Part shown: in pieces, positions 45,959 to 54,941 of the stretch
How positions within the stretch are numbered: the first letter of the stretch is position 1
How the letters are laid out: each line of letters begins with the position of its first letter
IMG/VR virus record: IMGVR_UViG_3300005077_000006
Coordinates: 1-64,000 of that record
Length of the DNA stretch: 64,000 nt
From: a virus
Direction: 5' to 3' (one strand)
Position numbers and translations under genes: made by a program
Notes under the pieces: model-generated
The model's database searches: none
What the model was told of the DNA's origin: nothing
The model's input: only the letters and a program-made list of their open reading frames with translations

Positions 45959-47941
45959 TCACGCCTTCGCAGACGACCAGGAGTAGCCCTTGCCGGCGTC
46001 CACATCCAGAGGCACCAGCAGGTCTGACTCGAAGGGGTGTTCCATGAGGTTGCAGATGATCGGCATGGCCTCGTTCACGTTCTCCTCCGGTACCTCGAAC
46101 AGGAGTTCGTCGTGTACCTGGAGCAGCATCTCCACGCCGAGGTTGCGCAGCTCGGGGCTGAACTCGCAGCGGATCATGGCCATCTTGGCCACGTCAGCGG
46201 CACTGCCCTGGATGACCGAGTTGACGGACTGCCGCTCTGCTCTGGCCAGGTTGGCCTTCGCGGAGCCAGGCAGGTTCCAGCGGCTCATCTTCCGCAGGAG
46301 GGGAGTGATCCCCGACATCTCGTGGAAGCGGCGGGGCCGACCGAGGATCGTCTCCACCATGCCATGCTCGGCGATGAAGCCGTGGACGCCATAGATGAAG
46401 TCCCGGACGCTGGGGTACGGCTTGAAGTAGGTCTCCTTCAGCTCCTTCGCCTTCGCCTGAGAGACACCGAGCGTCTTGGCCAGCTTGTCGATGCCCTCGC
46501 CATAGTTCAGGCCGAAGCCGATGCTCTTGGCAGCCTGCCGGTCGAAGCACATCTGCTTCTCGAGCTCGGTCAGCGCCGTGAAAGGGAGTCCCTTGTCCTT
46601 GAGCTTGGCGACTTCCTTCTTCCGCTTGCCTGCCGCGATGATCGCGTCGTAGTCGTGGTCGAACATGAGGGCTGCAGTGCCGGCGTGGATGTCCCAGCCC
46701 CTCTGGATGACGCCGATCATGTTCTCGTCCTGGGAGTAGTGCGCCATGAGCCGCATCTCGAGCTGCTCGTAGTCCACGACCACCAGGATGTGGTCCTGCT
46801 TGGGCATGAACGCAGACCGGATGCCGAACGCATCGGTGCCGGGCCGCGGGATGTTCTGCAGGTTGGGATCGATCGAGCTGAGTCGGCCGGTGACGGTGAC
46901 GTGCTGGGTGAGCGTGGGATGGATGCGGAGGTCGTCGTCCGCCCACTTCGCCAGACCATCCACGTAGGTGCCCTTCATCTTCACCAGTCCGCGGATCTCC
47001 AGGATGAGCTGAGCGGCCTCGACTCCCTTGTCTGCCAGCTTCGATAGCACCTCTTCATCGGTGGATGGCTGCCGGTTGCCGCTGGCACCACCACCCGTGT
47101 ACTTGACCACGTCCAGTCCGAGCTTGCCGAACAACAGCTCCCGAAGCTGGGGCGTGCTCTTGGGGTTGATCTCCCGACCCGCGATCTTGGTCAGCTTCTT
47201 GTGGGCTGCATCGATCTGGCCCTGGATGCGCGGGGACAGCTCGTCCAGATAGCCGAGGTCCACCATGATGCCCCGCCGGCAGCACTCGTAGAGCACGCGG
47301 GTGAAGGGCATCTCCACTTCCTCGAAGTAGTCCCAGAGCGGCATGCCATCCAGGCTGGACTGCTTCCCGAGCTGCTCCTTGAGGTGATGGAACACGCGGA
47401 AGGTCGCCCAGGCGTCCAGAGAGGAGTAGGAGTAGGCCTTGTCTGGGTCCGTGCGCAGCACGCGCATGAAGCGGTCGACGACGTTCTCGTTCTTCTGCTT
47501 CTCGGGGAAGATCGCCTTGAACTCGTTCATGTTGAGACCGAGGTGGTCCCAGGCCGTCTCCTTCAAGCCGTGGCGACCCTGGCGGTTCTCGTCGTAGAGC
47601 CAGTCCATGGCGAGCGTGCAGTAGGCATCCCCTCTGGGTACCCTCACTCCCGAGTTCTTGATCATCGAGAAGTCGAAGGTCTGATTGGTGTAGTACCACC
47701 GGATGTCCGGGTCCTGCGAGAGCTCCTTGTCGTACAGTTCCAGCATCTCCCTGGAGAAGCAGTACCTGGATCGCTCATCTGGACAAGCAGACCAGATGAT
47801 CACGGAGTCGCGTGCCCTGTCGAGGCCGGTGGTCTCGGTATCTTGTGCGCACTCACCTGTGTCGCGGACATGCCGGGCGAACTTCATGAAGTCTTCCGGC
47901 GTGTCCACCCAGGTGACGGGGGGAACGTACTGGGTTGCCAT
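45959..47941 (-). CDS. polA: family A DNA polymerase with 3'-5' exonuclease
   Basis: DTETTGL (ExoI), TGRLSSIDPNLQNIP, DYEQLEMR (A), RQAAKSIGFGLNYG (B), LQVHDEL (C). Confidence 0.95.
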   Translation of the reverse strand: MATQYVPPVTWVDTPEDFMKFARHVRDTGECAQDTETTGLDRARDSVIIWSACPDERSRYCFSREMLELYDKELSQDPDIRWYYTNQTFDFSMIKNSGVRVPRGDAYCTLAMDWLYDENRQGRHGLKETAWDHLGLNMNEFKAIFPEKQKNENVVDRFMRVLRTDPDKAYSYSSLDAWATFRVFHHLKEQLGKQSSLDGMPLWDYFEEVEMPFTRVLYECCRRGIMVDLGYLDELSPRIQGQIDAAHKKLTKIAGREINPKSTPQLRELLFGKLGLDVVKYTGGGASGNRQPSTDEEVLSKLADKGVEAAQLILEIRGLVKMKGTYVDGLAKWADDDLRIHPTLTQHVTVTGRLSSIDPNLQNIPRPGTDAFGIRSAFMPKQDHILVVVDYEQLEMRLMAHYSQDENMIGVIQRGWDIHAGTAALMFDHDYDAIIAAGKRKKEVAKLKDKGLPFTALTELEKQMCFDRQAAKSIGFGLNYGEGIDKLAKTLGVSQAKAKELKETYFKPYPSVRDFIYGVHGFIAEHGMVETILGRPRRFHEMSGITPLLRKMSRWNLPGSAKANLARAERQSVNSVIQGSAADVAKMAMIRCEFSPELRNLGVEMLLQVHDELLFEVPEENVNEAMPIICNLMEHPFESDLLVPLDVDAGKGYSWSSAKA

Positions 47942-47950
47942 TTGTCCTCC

Positions 47951-47989
47951 AAAACATGGGGGAGCGTCCCCGTAGAGGACGCTCCCCCA
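47951..47989 (-). terminator. intrinsic terminator/attenuator between the SSB gene and polA
   Basis: 13-bp stem TGGGGGAGCGTCC / GGACGCTCCCCCA (47957-47969 / 47977-47989), then TGTTTT on the minus strand, abutting the polA RBS GGAGG. Confidence 0.7.
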
Positions 47990-47995
47990 ATCGGC

Positions 47996-49087
47996 CTACG
48001 ACTCGAAGTCGGCCTCGTCCGTGTAGTCCCGCGACTGGTCCTCCGGCTCCTTGCCCCCGTAGGGGTTCCGGATCTTGAGCACCTTCGCCTGCCACTCGAA
48101 CGGATCCGGCGCGAACACGCGCTTGAAGGGCCAGGGCTTCGCCAGCTCCTTCAGCTCATCCGACAGCTCGGTGGGGACCCACCGGGGGATCTGGATGGTG
48201 GAGTTGGTGCCCTCGCCCTGCCGCTTGATCTCCACGTCGCAGTCGAAGATCGACATCGGCGTGGGGTCCTGGCACTTGCTGCACTCGACCTGCCGCAGCG
48301 GGAAGGCCTTGTGCCCGCACTTGCACTCCATCGGGCGGGACACGAGGCTCTGGATCGCCTTGGTGTCCAGCTCGGTGTTGGTGAGATCGATGAGCGGCTC
48401 GGCGCACTTGGCGCACTCGTAGAGCACCTCCTCGAGCGTCCCGCGACCGCCGCAGTTGGCGCAGTCCTTCTCGATCTCCGTGACGATGCCGCCGAGGTCC
48501 TGAAGGTGGCCGGTCCCCAGGCTCATGTGAACCTTCTTCCCGAACACCTTCTCCAGGCCAGCCTGGCAGTGCTTGCAGCGCCGGCCCTCGCACTCGACCT
48601 TCCGGTACATCTGCTCGCCCTTCCGGTCGCCCTTGGTGTAGAGCATCGGCTTGCCGTTGTCGTCGACCAGCGGCTCCAGGTGGTAGTAGGCGAGGTGGAT
48701 GCCGTTGAAGGCGTGGAGCAGGCGCCAGGACACGTCCTCCGCACCCCGATCCCGCTCCTCACAGCCCAGGCACTTGCCCCCCACGGTGGTGAGATCGCCG
48801 TCGACGATCTTGTACTGCTTGCTGCAGATGAAGCCCTTCTGGCTCCTGGCCACGAAGTGCTCCACGTAGGGGAAGTACTCGCTCTCCAGCCCCTCGAAGT
48901 CCGTGTAGGCCCCGGGCAGGAAGCGGAACTTCGTGGTCACGTTCTGCGGCGCCTTGAACCTCCCGTTCCACCGAATGGAGAGGGAGTACCCTCCCCCACC
49001 GCCGCCCTGGTTCTCGCTCCTCCGCGTGTTGTACCCCCGAACCCTCTGGCCGAATGACGACCTTCCTCGAGTAGAGTAGCTACCCAT
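47996..49087 (-). CDS. gp32-like single-stranded DNA-binding protein with multiple Zn ribbons
   Basis: KFRFLPG, EHF, DVEIKRQGEG..ST; acidic tail DYTDEADFES; many CxxC pairs; lies between primase and polymerase. Confidence 0.7.
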   Translation of the reverse strand: MGSYSTRGRSSFGQRVRGYNTRRSENQGGGGGGYSLSIRWNGRFKAPQNVTTKFRFLPGAYTDFEGLESEYFPYVEHFVARSQKGFICSKQYKIVDGDLTTVGGKCLGCEERDRGAEDVSWRLLHAFNGIHLAYYHLEPLVDDNGKPMLYTKGDRKGEQMYRKVECEGRRCKHCQAGLEKVFGKKVHMSLGTGHLQDLGGIVTEIEKDCANCGGRGTLEEVLYECAKCAEPLIDLTNTELDTKAIQSLVSRPMECKCGHKAFPLRQVECSKCQDPTPMSIFDCDVEIKRQGEGTNSTIQIPRWVPTELSDELKELAKPWPFKRVFAPDPFEWQAKVLKIRNPYGGKEPEDQSRDYTDEADFES

Positions 49088-50079
49088 GGTCTCTGCCTCC
49101 AATGATGCCAGTCTTCTGCGGCGTCTAAGACCCCTAGTATGTCTGGCTTTGTGAGGTTGTCTGGTTGCGCCCGCTCGTCACACTCCTCGGGGTATGAGCA
49201 GACAAGGACTTCGAGGCCTCTCCGTCTCAGCCTCGCCCCGGTATCAACTGATCCCTCCCGTCCTGCCTTGTTGTTGTCCAGAAACAGCATGACCGTGCCT
49301 CCAAGGCAACTGAGGACACGCTCCTGCACCATCGTCATCCGGCTACCCTGCAACGCGACCACGTTCTCGATGTCCTGCTGCAGCATCCAGATGCACGCCT
49401 TGTATCCCTCGACAACGATCACCGTGTCGAGAGCGCCGTGGAACGCCTGTGGCCAGACGTTGTGCATGTTCCACAGGAAGTGGTGGTTCTTGATGTCGTA
49501 GCGCTCATAGCGCGCCTTGACCTCGGGGATGTCGGGAGCGTACTTCACCAGATCGTGGGCCTTGTAGACCTTGTACCTGGGGAACTCGTCCACGACTGTG
49601 CGTCCGGAGATGCCAACCAGGTTGCCGTAGAGGTCGCGGATTGGGAAGGTGATCCGCTGTTGCTCCAGATCGAACCCGATCTCCAGCTTCTTGAGTAGGC
49701 GCTCGTCGAAACCGTCGTTCACTAGACCCACCGGACAGTACTCGAACACGCCTAGCAAAGCCTCGTTGAGGATGATCTCCCCACGGCCGAGGGTGTCTCG
49801 TGAAGGATCGTAGATGCGCTTGGGCTGACGGCGTGACAGCTCCAATATCGCATCCACTTCCTCCGGTGAGCTCCCCATGGCGCGCAGGAACTGGATGAAC
49901 GTCCCCTTGGCGTGGCAGGAGTGGCAGAAGTACACGCCGGTATCCAGATGGATGTAGAACGACGGGTTCTTCTCCAAGCCGCCCTTGTGGAACGGGCACG
50001 GACCGCCGATGTTGTTCGGCCCGGACATCTTGACGAAGCGCAAGTAGCGCTCTGCCGCATGTCTGACCGTGTCCCTCAT
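48937..50079 (-). CDS. dnaG: DNA primase (CHC2 Zn finger + TOPRIM)
   Basis: CPFH..PSF..FCHSC, RITFPIRD..GISGR, VVEGY, FLDNN; ATGA-coupled to the helicase stop. Confidence 0.9.
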   Translation of the reverse strand: MRDTVRHAAERYLRFVKMSGPNNIGGPCPFHKGGLEKNPSFYIHLDTGVYFCHSCHAKGTFIQFLRAMGSSPEEVDAILELSRRQPKRIYDPSRDTLGRGEIILNEALLGVFEYCPVGLVNDGFDERLLKKLEIGFDLEQQRITFPIRDLYGNLVGISGRTVVDEFPRYKVYKAHDLVKYAPDIPEVKARYERYDIKNHHFLWNMHNVWPQAFHGALDTVIVVEGYKACIWMLQQDIENVVALQGSRMTMVQERVLSCLGGTVMLFLDNNKAGREGSVDTGARLRRRGLEVLVCSYPEECDERAQPDNLTKPDILGVLDAAEDWHHWRQRPWVATLLEEGRHSARGFGGTTRGGARTRAAVGEGTPSPFGGTGGSRRRRT

Positions 50080-51581
50080 CGGCGCTTGCCCTCCTGAAGC
50101 ATCTCCTTCGCCCACTTCTTGACGCCCGCGGAGGGCTGGGGCCGCACCCTCTCCGGCTTCTGTCGATCACGCTCGTCGTCCTCGTCCTTGAAGAAGGATT
50201 TGATGTCCCTGGTCTCGTAGAAGACGACGGGTTCGACCATCGTGGTGCCGTCCTCGTTCACCTGCACCACTCCCTTGTCGTTGACCACTTTGCGCATCAT
50301 GATGTCGAAGTCGGATGCCGCGCAGCCGTTGATGGCGAAGCCCGTCATGTTGATCTCTCGGGCTCCGGTGATGGCCAGCGCCAGCTCATTCACCTCCGGG
50401 TCCGGGGTGGACTTCTTGTTGATCTCGATGGCCAGGTCGCAGTTCATCGCGTAGGCGTCTGCGAATGCGATGTTGCGCATGCTGCCGCCCCGCGCATCCT
50501 CAGATGGCCGATTGGCTTGCGTTGTCCCGATCAACGGCTTGTGCAGATCCAGGGCGACATCCTTCACGTCCTGGGTGATGTCGGACTGGTCATCCCACTT
50601 GATGGAGCGGACGCCTTTCCTGTCGTTCTTCATGAGGTACATGGCGTCCACGCAGACCAAGTCGGCCCTGTGGTCGATGATCTTTTGGTGCAGACCACGT
50701 GCGCCACCACCCACCCCACGGGTGTCTCTGTCACTGGTGATGATGATCGACTTGCGGAAGCCTGTCTCGAGCTCGCACGTCGCCTCATCCCCGTACATGG
50801 TTTCCGCGATGACATTCAGGCGGTCTTCCATGGTGCCGCCTTCCGGCACTGGGATGTCGCGGAGCGTGCCTTTCTTGAAGGCAGAGTAGGGGGCACCGAT
50901 CAGTAGGCAGACGCAGCGGTCCATCATCTGCTCGAGCGTCATCTCCCTGGTGTAGATCAGCACCCGCCGGCTGCTGCGGTCGTAGGCATGGGTGGCCACC
51001 TTCAGCAGCACCCACGTCTTCATGCTCTTCGGCCGGCCGTAGAACAGGATGAACTCACCATTGAGCATCCCCTGGGTCTCGGCGTTCAACACCTCCCACG
51101 GATAGGGGATACCCTGCAGCGACTCCCTGTCCCTGTTGGCCTCGTACCTCGCCTTGATCGTCTCAATGCTCTGCGACATGATCGTGTCTTGTGCAGATCT
51201 CCTGTCGCGGGTGAGCTCGGATGAGGCAACCTGTAGTGTGGCGAGACACTCGTCGGGCTTGTGCGCAGTCTGGACGATCTCCTCGGCCAGCGCGAGGAGC
51301 TCCTCTTTGATGTAGAAGTCCTGGAACTCGGTCAGGACTGCGTTCAGTGTCAACCTGTCAGGCTTCGGCAGCTCGACGGTTGGGAACTTCTTCTCGACCA
51401 TCTCCCGCGTCGGGACATTGCCCCGAGTCCTGCGGCTCTGCCAGTAGCGCAGGAGATACGAGTAGACCATGAGTCCGTGATCTGTCTTGAAGTGGTCCGG
51501 GGTGATCCCCGCGGACTCGACCTCAGACAGAGCACCGGTGTCGAGTATCTTGGCTATGAGAGCTAGTTCCTGGTGCGCCAT
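50076..51581 (-). CDS. dnaB: DnaB-like replicative helicase
   Basis: GIPYPW..LN..T.G, Walker A GRPKSMKT, REM, CVDAMYLM, TTQANR. Confidence 0.85.
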   Translation of the reverse strand: MAHQELALIAKILDTGALSEVESAGITPDHFKTDHGLMVYSYLLRYWQSRRTRGNVPTREMVEKKFPTVELPKPDRLTLNAVLTEFQDFYIKEELLALAEEIVQTAHKPDECLATLQVASSELTRDRRSAQDTIMSQSIETIKARYEANRDRESLQGIPYPWEVLNAETQGMLNGEFILFYGRPKSMKTWVLLKVATHAYDRSSRRVLIYTREMTLEQMMDRCVCLLIGAPYSAFKKGTLRDIPVPEGGTMEDRLNVIAETMYGDEATCELETGFRKSIIITSDRDTRGVGGGARGLHQKIIDHRADLVCVDAMYLMKNDRKGVRSIKWDDQSDITQDVKDVALDLHKPLIGTTQANRPSEDARGGSMRNIAFADAYAMNCDLAIEINKKSTPDPEVNELALAITGAREINMTGFAINGCAASDFDIMMRKVVNDKGVVQVNEDGTTMVEPVVFYETRDIKSFFKDEDDERDRQKPERVRPQPSAGVKKWAKEMLQEGKRR

Positions 51582-51591
51582 GCGTTCTCCT

Positions 51592-51909
51592 CTACTTGGC
51601 CAGTTCGATCCAGTTGATGCCTCCCTTGGTGTAGATCCTCGGTTTGGATTCGACTTCCACGCAGAGGTTGTAGCGGTCGGACCAGAGCAGCTTCCCCGTG
51701 ATCGTGCCGTTGCGGCAGCAGACTACTACGTGCTCCCCGATCCACTTGCGGACGGTGGAGTGCCAGTTGTCGTGGATGTTGAGCAGATCCTTGAGGGCGC
51801 CGATCTCCTTCTCAGTGCGCTCCTGCTTGTCCCTCAAGCTCTGCAACTTCTTGAACGCGAGCTGTAGCGTCGGTTTTTCTGGCATCATGTCTCCAGGGCG
51901 GGAAGCCAT
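51592..51909 (-). CDS. coiled coil + Hfq/Sm-like domain protein
   Basis: VVVCCRNGTITGKLLWSDRYNLCV..IYTKGGINWI aligns with Hfq [34 protein letters not shown]. Confidence 0.65.
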   Translation of the reverse strand: MASRPGDMMPEKPTLQLAFKKLQSLRDKQERTEKEIGALKDLLNIHDNWHSTVRKWIGEHVVVCCRNGTITGKLLWSDRYNLCVEVESKPRIYTKGGINWIELAK

Positions 51910-51916
51910 CAGGATG

Positions 51917-51959
51917 TCCCCCCAATACCTGTTGGTCAAGCCACTAGGTATTGGGGGGA
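51917..51959. repeat. perfect 14-bp inverted repeat covering the RBS of the Hfq-like gene
   Basis: TCCCCCCAATACCT (51917-51930) / AGGTATTGGGGGGA (51946-51959). Confidence 0.85.
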
Positions 51960-51987
51960 ACGCTCGTGACGACCGCAAGATGTTGGG

Positions 51988-53100
51988 CTACGACAGCCGC
52001 CTCAGCATCTGGCCGGCAAGCGCCTCGAACTCGAACCGCTTGTCCATGTCCTCGACGTCCTGGGCTGCCCTGGTGACCGCCTGCACCACACCGTAGCGGT
52101 TCTTCAACGGCTCCTGCTCGAACGCCTTGATCGCCGCATCGCGGAAGTACTTCGGCGCCTCGAGCCGGCGCAGCTCCTCCTCGATCATCGCCTCGGGGTG
52201 GTCGACTGCGGACCCCTGCAGACGGACCATCCGGTGCCGCGTGTCCTCCCAGCGCACGGGGATGCGCTCGAAGACCTGGTTGAACTGCTTGTCCAGCTCG
52301 GCGTCCTCGATGGGCCGGTGCTGCCGGTACATCAGGCGGGAGTCACCGACCGTGAGCATGCAGCCGTTGAGGCAGACCAGCCGGAAGGAGAACTCGTCGA
52401 TGGTGATCGCGGTGAAGCCGACCTCGGAGTTGCGCATGTGGAAGCCGGGGTACACCAGGTCGTCCTGGGGCAGCGCGCCCTCCTTCTCGGCCAGGTCGTA
52501 GATCCTCCGGACGGCGGGGTCCGGGTGGTTGCGATCGATGGCGCCCATGTTCACGGGCTGGCCGACGAGGGTGTAGTGCGAGCAGTGGTCGTTGCCCCAC
52601 CGGCTCTTCTTGCTGAGGTGGTCGGACATGAAGTTGAGCTCGCTCACCTGGGAGCCGAACTTCTTCTCGAGGCGATCGAACAGCCGCTCGTTGTCGATCG
52701 GGTGGTAGGTGGGCGACAGGATCGCCCGCATGTAGCCGTCGCAGCCCTGCACGCCGGGGGCGCCCGTCTTGAACTGGGTGGTGCGCAGCTTCCTCTTGTC
52801 ACCGGTCTTGGAGAAGCGGCGCTGCAACTCCTCCTGCACCTGGGTGTGCGTGACCAGCTTCGGATCGAACCACTTGTTCCACTGGACGCCCAGCGCCTGG
52901 CCGAGCTGCTTCTGCGCCCAGTCCGTCATGCGGAAGGTCCCCACCTGCGGGACCTCGATGTCGAGCTGCTCGTTGACACGGATCTTGTCCATGTCCACCA
53001 CCACGTCGGGGTTCTGGCGCGCGTGCTCGAGCGCCACGTGCTCCCGGACCTTCTCAAACTTGGCGAGCTTCTTCGTCTGCTCCAAGTTCAAACCGCGCAT
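51988..53100 (-). CDS. DUF932-like protein
   Basis: TDWAQKQL, RAILSPTYHPIDN, RNSEVG..I....FRLVCLNG. Confidence 0.75.
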   Translation of the reverse strand: MRGLNLEQTKKLAKFEKVREHVALEHARQNPDVVVDMDKIRVNEQLDIEVPQVGTFRMTDWAQKQLGQALGVQWNKWFDPKLVTHTQVQEELQRRFSKTGDKRKLRTTQFKTGAPGVQGCDGYMRAILSPTYHPIDNERLFDRLEKKFGSQVSELNFMSDHLSKKSRWGNDHCSHYTLVGQPVNMGAIDRNHPDPAVRRIYDLAEKEGALPQDDLVYPGFHMRNSEVGFTAITIDEFSFRLVCLNGCMLTVGDSRLMYRQHRPIEDAELDKQFNQVFERIPVRWEDTRHRMVRLQGSAVDHPEAMIEEELRRLEAPKYFRDAAIKAFEQEPLKNRYGVVQAVTRAAQDVEDMDKRFEFEALAGQMLRRLS

Positions 53101-53449
53101 GCTCATCCTCCAGTGCGGCACTCTCGTGGAAGTGCCGCGGCATCAAGTCCTGTTCCATAGAGTCGAGCAGCTCCGCGAGGAGCTGCTGGGTTCGTCGTGA
53201 CCAGTTCTGTGGGTTGGCCGTGCAACGTCCGTGCGTGTGAACGGCGGGTTGCTGGTACTGGCCGAGTGGTGTCGGTTCCTTGGCCTCCAGGGTGGCGTAC
53301 ACAGCCTCCATGGCTGCCGGGGTGGGAGGCCTGGTTGGATCTACCTCCTCATCGACGGTTCGGCGTGTGACGGTGTCGAGTGCGTTGGTGATCTTCACCT
53401 CCACGATGTGGAGGCCGTTGATCTTGCACTCTCCCTTGGTGGTCCTCAT
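53054..53449 (-). CDS. hypothetical protein
   Basis: ATGA-coupled ORF in the operon. Confidence 0.6.
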   Translation of the reverse strand: MRTTKGECKINGLHIVEVKITNALDTVTRRTVDEEVDPTRPPTPAAMEAVYATLEAKEPTPLGQYQQPAVHTHGRCTANPQNWSRRTQQLLAELLDSMEQDLMPRHFHESAALEDEHARFELGADEEARQV

Positions 53450-53796
53450 CGCCGCGTGTCCTTGACGAAGCTGTCGAGGTGCAGATCCATCTCCTCGGCG
53501 CCGACGATGGCGTGCTTCTCGGCGATGCGACCGGCCTCCTCGATGGCGGCATCGATCTCGCGTTCCGACTGACCGCAGGCGATGCTCACCGAGACGGTGG
53601 CTTCCACGGTCAAGCCGGCCTCGCGCGTCGAGTACCAGTGCTTGAACCCTCTCGTCTGGCTGACCTGCGCCTTGCCGTCACCCAGCGGGAGGTCGGTGTT
53701 CTCGTTCCTCTTCACGTTCTTCCTCCATAGCTCGCGTTCATCGGTTCGGTTCCACACCCGGTAGGTGCCGCTGATGTTTGCCTTTGCCCTAGTCAT
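53446..53796 (-). CDS. hypothetical protein
   Basis: Start MTRAKAN overlaps the upstream stop; GC3-rich codons. Confidence 0.6.
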   Translation of the reverse strand: MTRAKANISGTYRVWNRTDERELWRKNVKRNENTDLPLGDGKAQVSQTRGFKHWYSTREAGLTVEATVSVSIACGQSEREIDAAIEEAGRIAEKHAIVGAEEMDLHLDSFVKDTRR

Positions 53797-54265
53797 CGAG
53801 GGGGATCGCCGGGATGACGTAGGGCTTGGGGGTGCCGGGCAGGTTCGCTGGGGCCTGCTCCTCCTCGTGGAAGGCTGCCCGCACGATCTCGTTGTCCACC
53901 TCACCCTGCCTGGTCATCTGATCGAGCAGCTCGGTGTCCACGGTGTAGGAGACGACCTCGGTGAGGATCAACTCCGCTTGGGCGGCCGGCAGAGCGTTCG
54001 CCAGGAACTCGGCGTCGTACCAGCGCTTGTACTTCTTCTGGGCACCGATGCTGCCGACCGAGTACTTGTCCTGGTCGAGGGTGCGGAGGTGGCTCTTGAC
54101 GGCGCGGGTGGCATCATCGAGTGCGCGGTTGTAGCCGTCGACGAGCTGCTCGTACTCCTTCAGGACTTCTCGGATGTCGAGATCGCGGAGGAACGTGAGC
54201 AGCGTTTGCCGAGCCGCCTCGAATCTCTCCACAGCACGCTCAGCGAGATTTGGCGCGTCGGGCAT
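53789..54265 (-). CDS. hypothetical phage protein
   Basis: Start MPDAPNL after AGGAG; coiled coil + beta region. Confidence 0.65.
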   Translation of the reverse strand: MPDAPNLAERAVERFEAARQTLLTFLRDLDIREVLKEYEQLVDGYNRALDDATRAVKSHLRTLDQDKYSVGSIGAQKKYKRWYDAEFLANALPAAQAELILTEVVSYTVDTELLDQMTRQGEVDNEIVRAAFHEEEQAPANLPGTPKPYVIPAIPLDD

Positions 54266-54941
54266 TGACCATCTCCTGTCTGTTGGGTTTCGGGGTTCCG
54301 TAGTAGGCGGCACGCAGCTCATCGAGGATCTTCGCCGCCTTCACGAAATCTCTCAGCGTCTCCCCCCACGGCCCCTCCTTTCGCCGGTCATGGGATCGGG
54401 CGAGGTAGGCGGTGTGGTAGATGGGGAGGATCGCGTAGTTGATGTTGGTCGCGCGTCCAGCCATGGTGAGTGTTCGCATGCGCCCCCTGATGGACTTGGC
54501 CTGGGGCGCCTTGCCGGTGAGTACCTGGAAGGGCACCTTGCCCACCGTGATGATGAGGAAGGGATCGACCAGGTAGATGGTCTCCATGAGTCGAGGGCGG
54601 CACGCCTCGCGCTCCACCTTGGAGGGCGGTCTGTTGTCCGTCCTGGCCTGTCCCGTGCGATCGTCGATGGCCTCCACAGTAGGCCGGCAGCAGACGACGT
54701 TGGTGATGTAGATGTCCTGGTCCCGGTCGAGCGACACGGCGTCGAGGAACTCGTCCAGCACTTCCCCGGCTCTTCCTTGGAAGGGGCGCCCGCTGGCATC
54801 CTCTTGCTCGCCGGGACCCTCTCCGATGATCAGGATGTCAGCATCGGGGTTGCCCTCCCCGAACACCAGGCTGGTGCGCGTCTTGTGGAGATCGCACCGC
54901 TTGCACTCTCCCCAGAACTTCTTCAGCTCTTGTAGACTCAC
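54240..54941 (-). CDS. family 4 uracil-DNA glycosylase (Fe-S)
   Basis: CKRCDL, GEGNPDA..IGEGPG..ED..GRPF.G.AG, YITNVVCCRP, YHTAY. Confidence 0.92.
   Translation of the reverse strand: MSLQELKKFWGECKRCDLHKTRTSLVFGEGNPDADILIIGEGPGEQEDASGRPFQGRAGEVLDEFLDAVSLDRDQDIYITNVVCCRPTVEAIDDRTGQARTDNRPPSKVEREACRPRLMETIYLVDPFLIITVGKVPFQVLTGKAPQAKSIRGRMRTLTMAGRATNINYAILPIYHTAYLARSHDRRKEGPWGETLRDFVKAAKILDELRAAYYGTPKPNRQEMVNARRAKSR

Noticed and set aside
48937-49087. About 150-nt C-terminal overlaps of primase into SSB, RusA-like into its neighbour, and HU into the small gene
   Set aside because: Stops are rare in shifted frames of GC-rich DNA, the tails are low-complexity, and no slippery sites were seen. 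Probably incidental run-ons.
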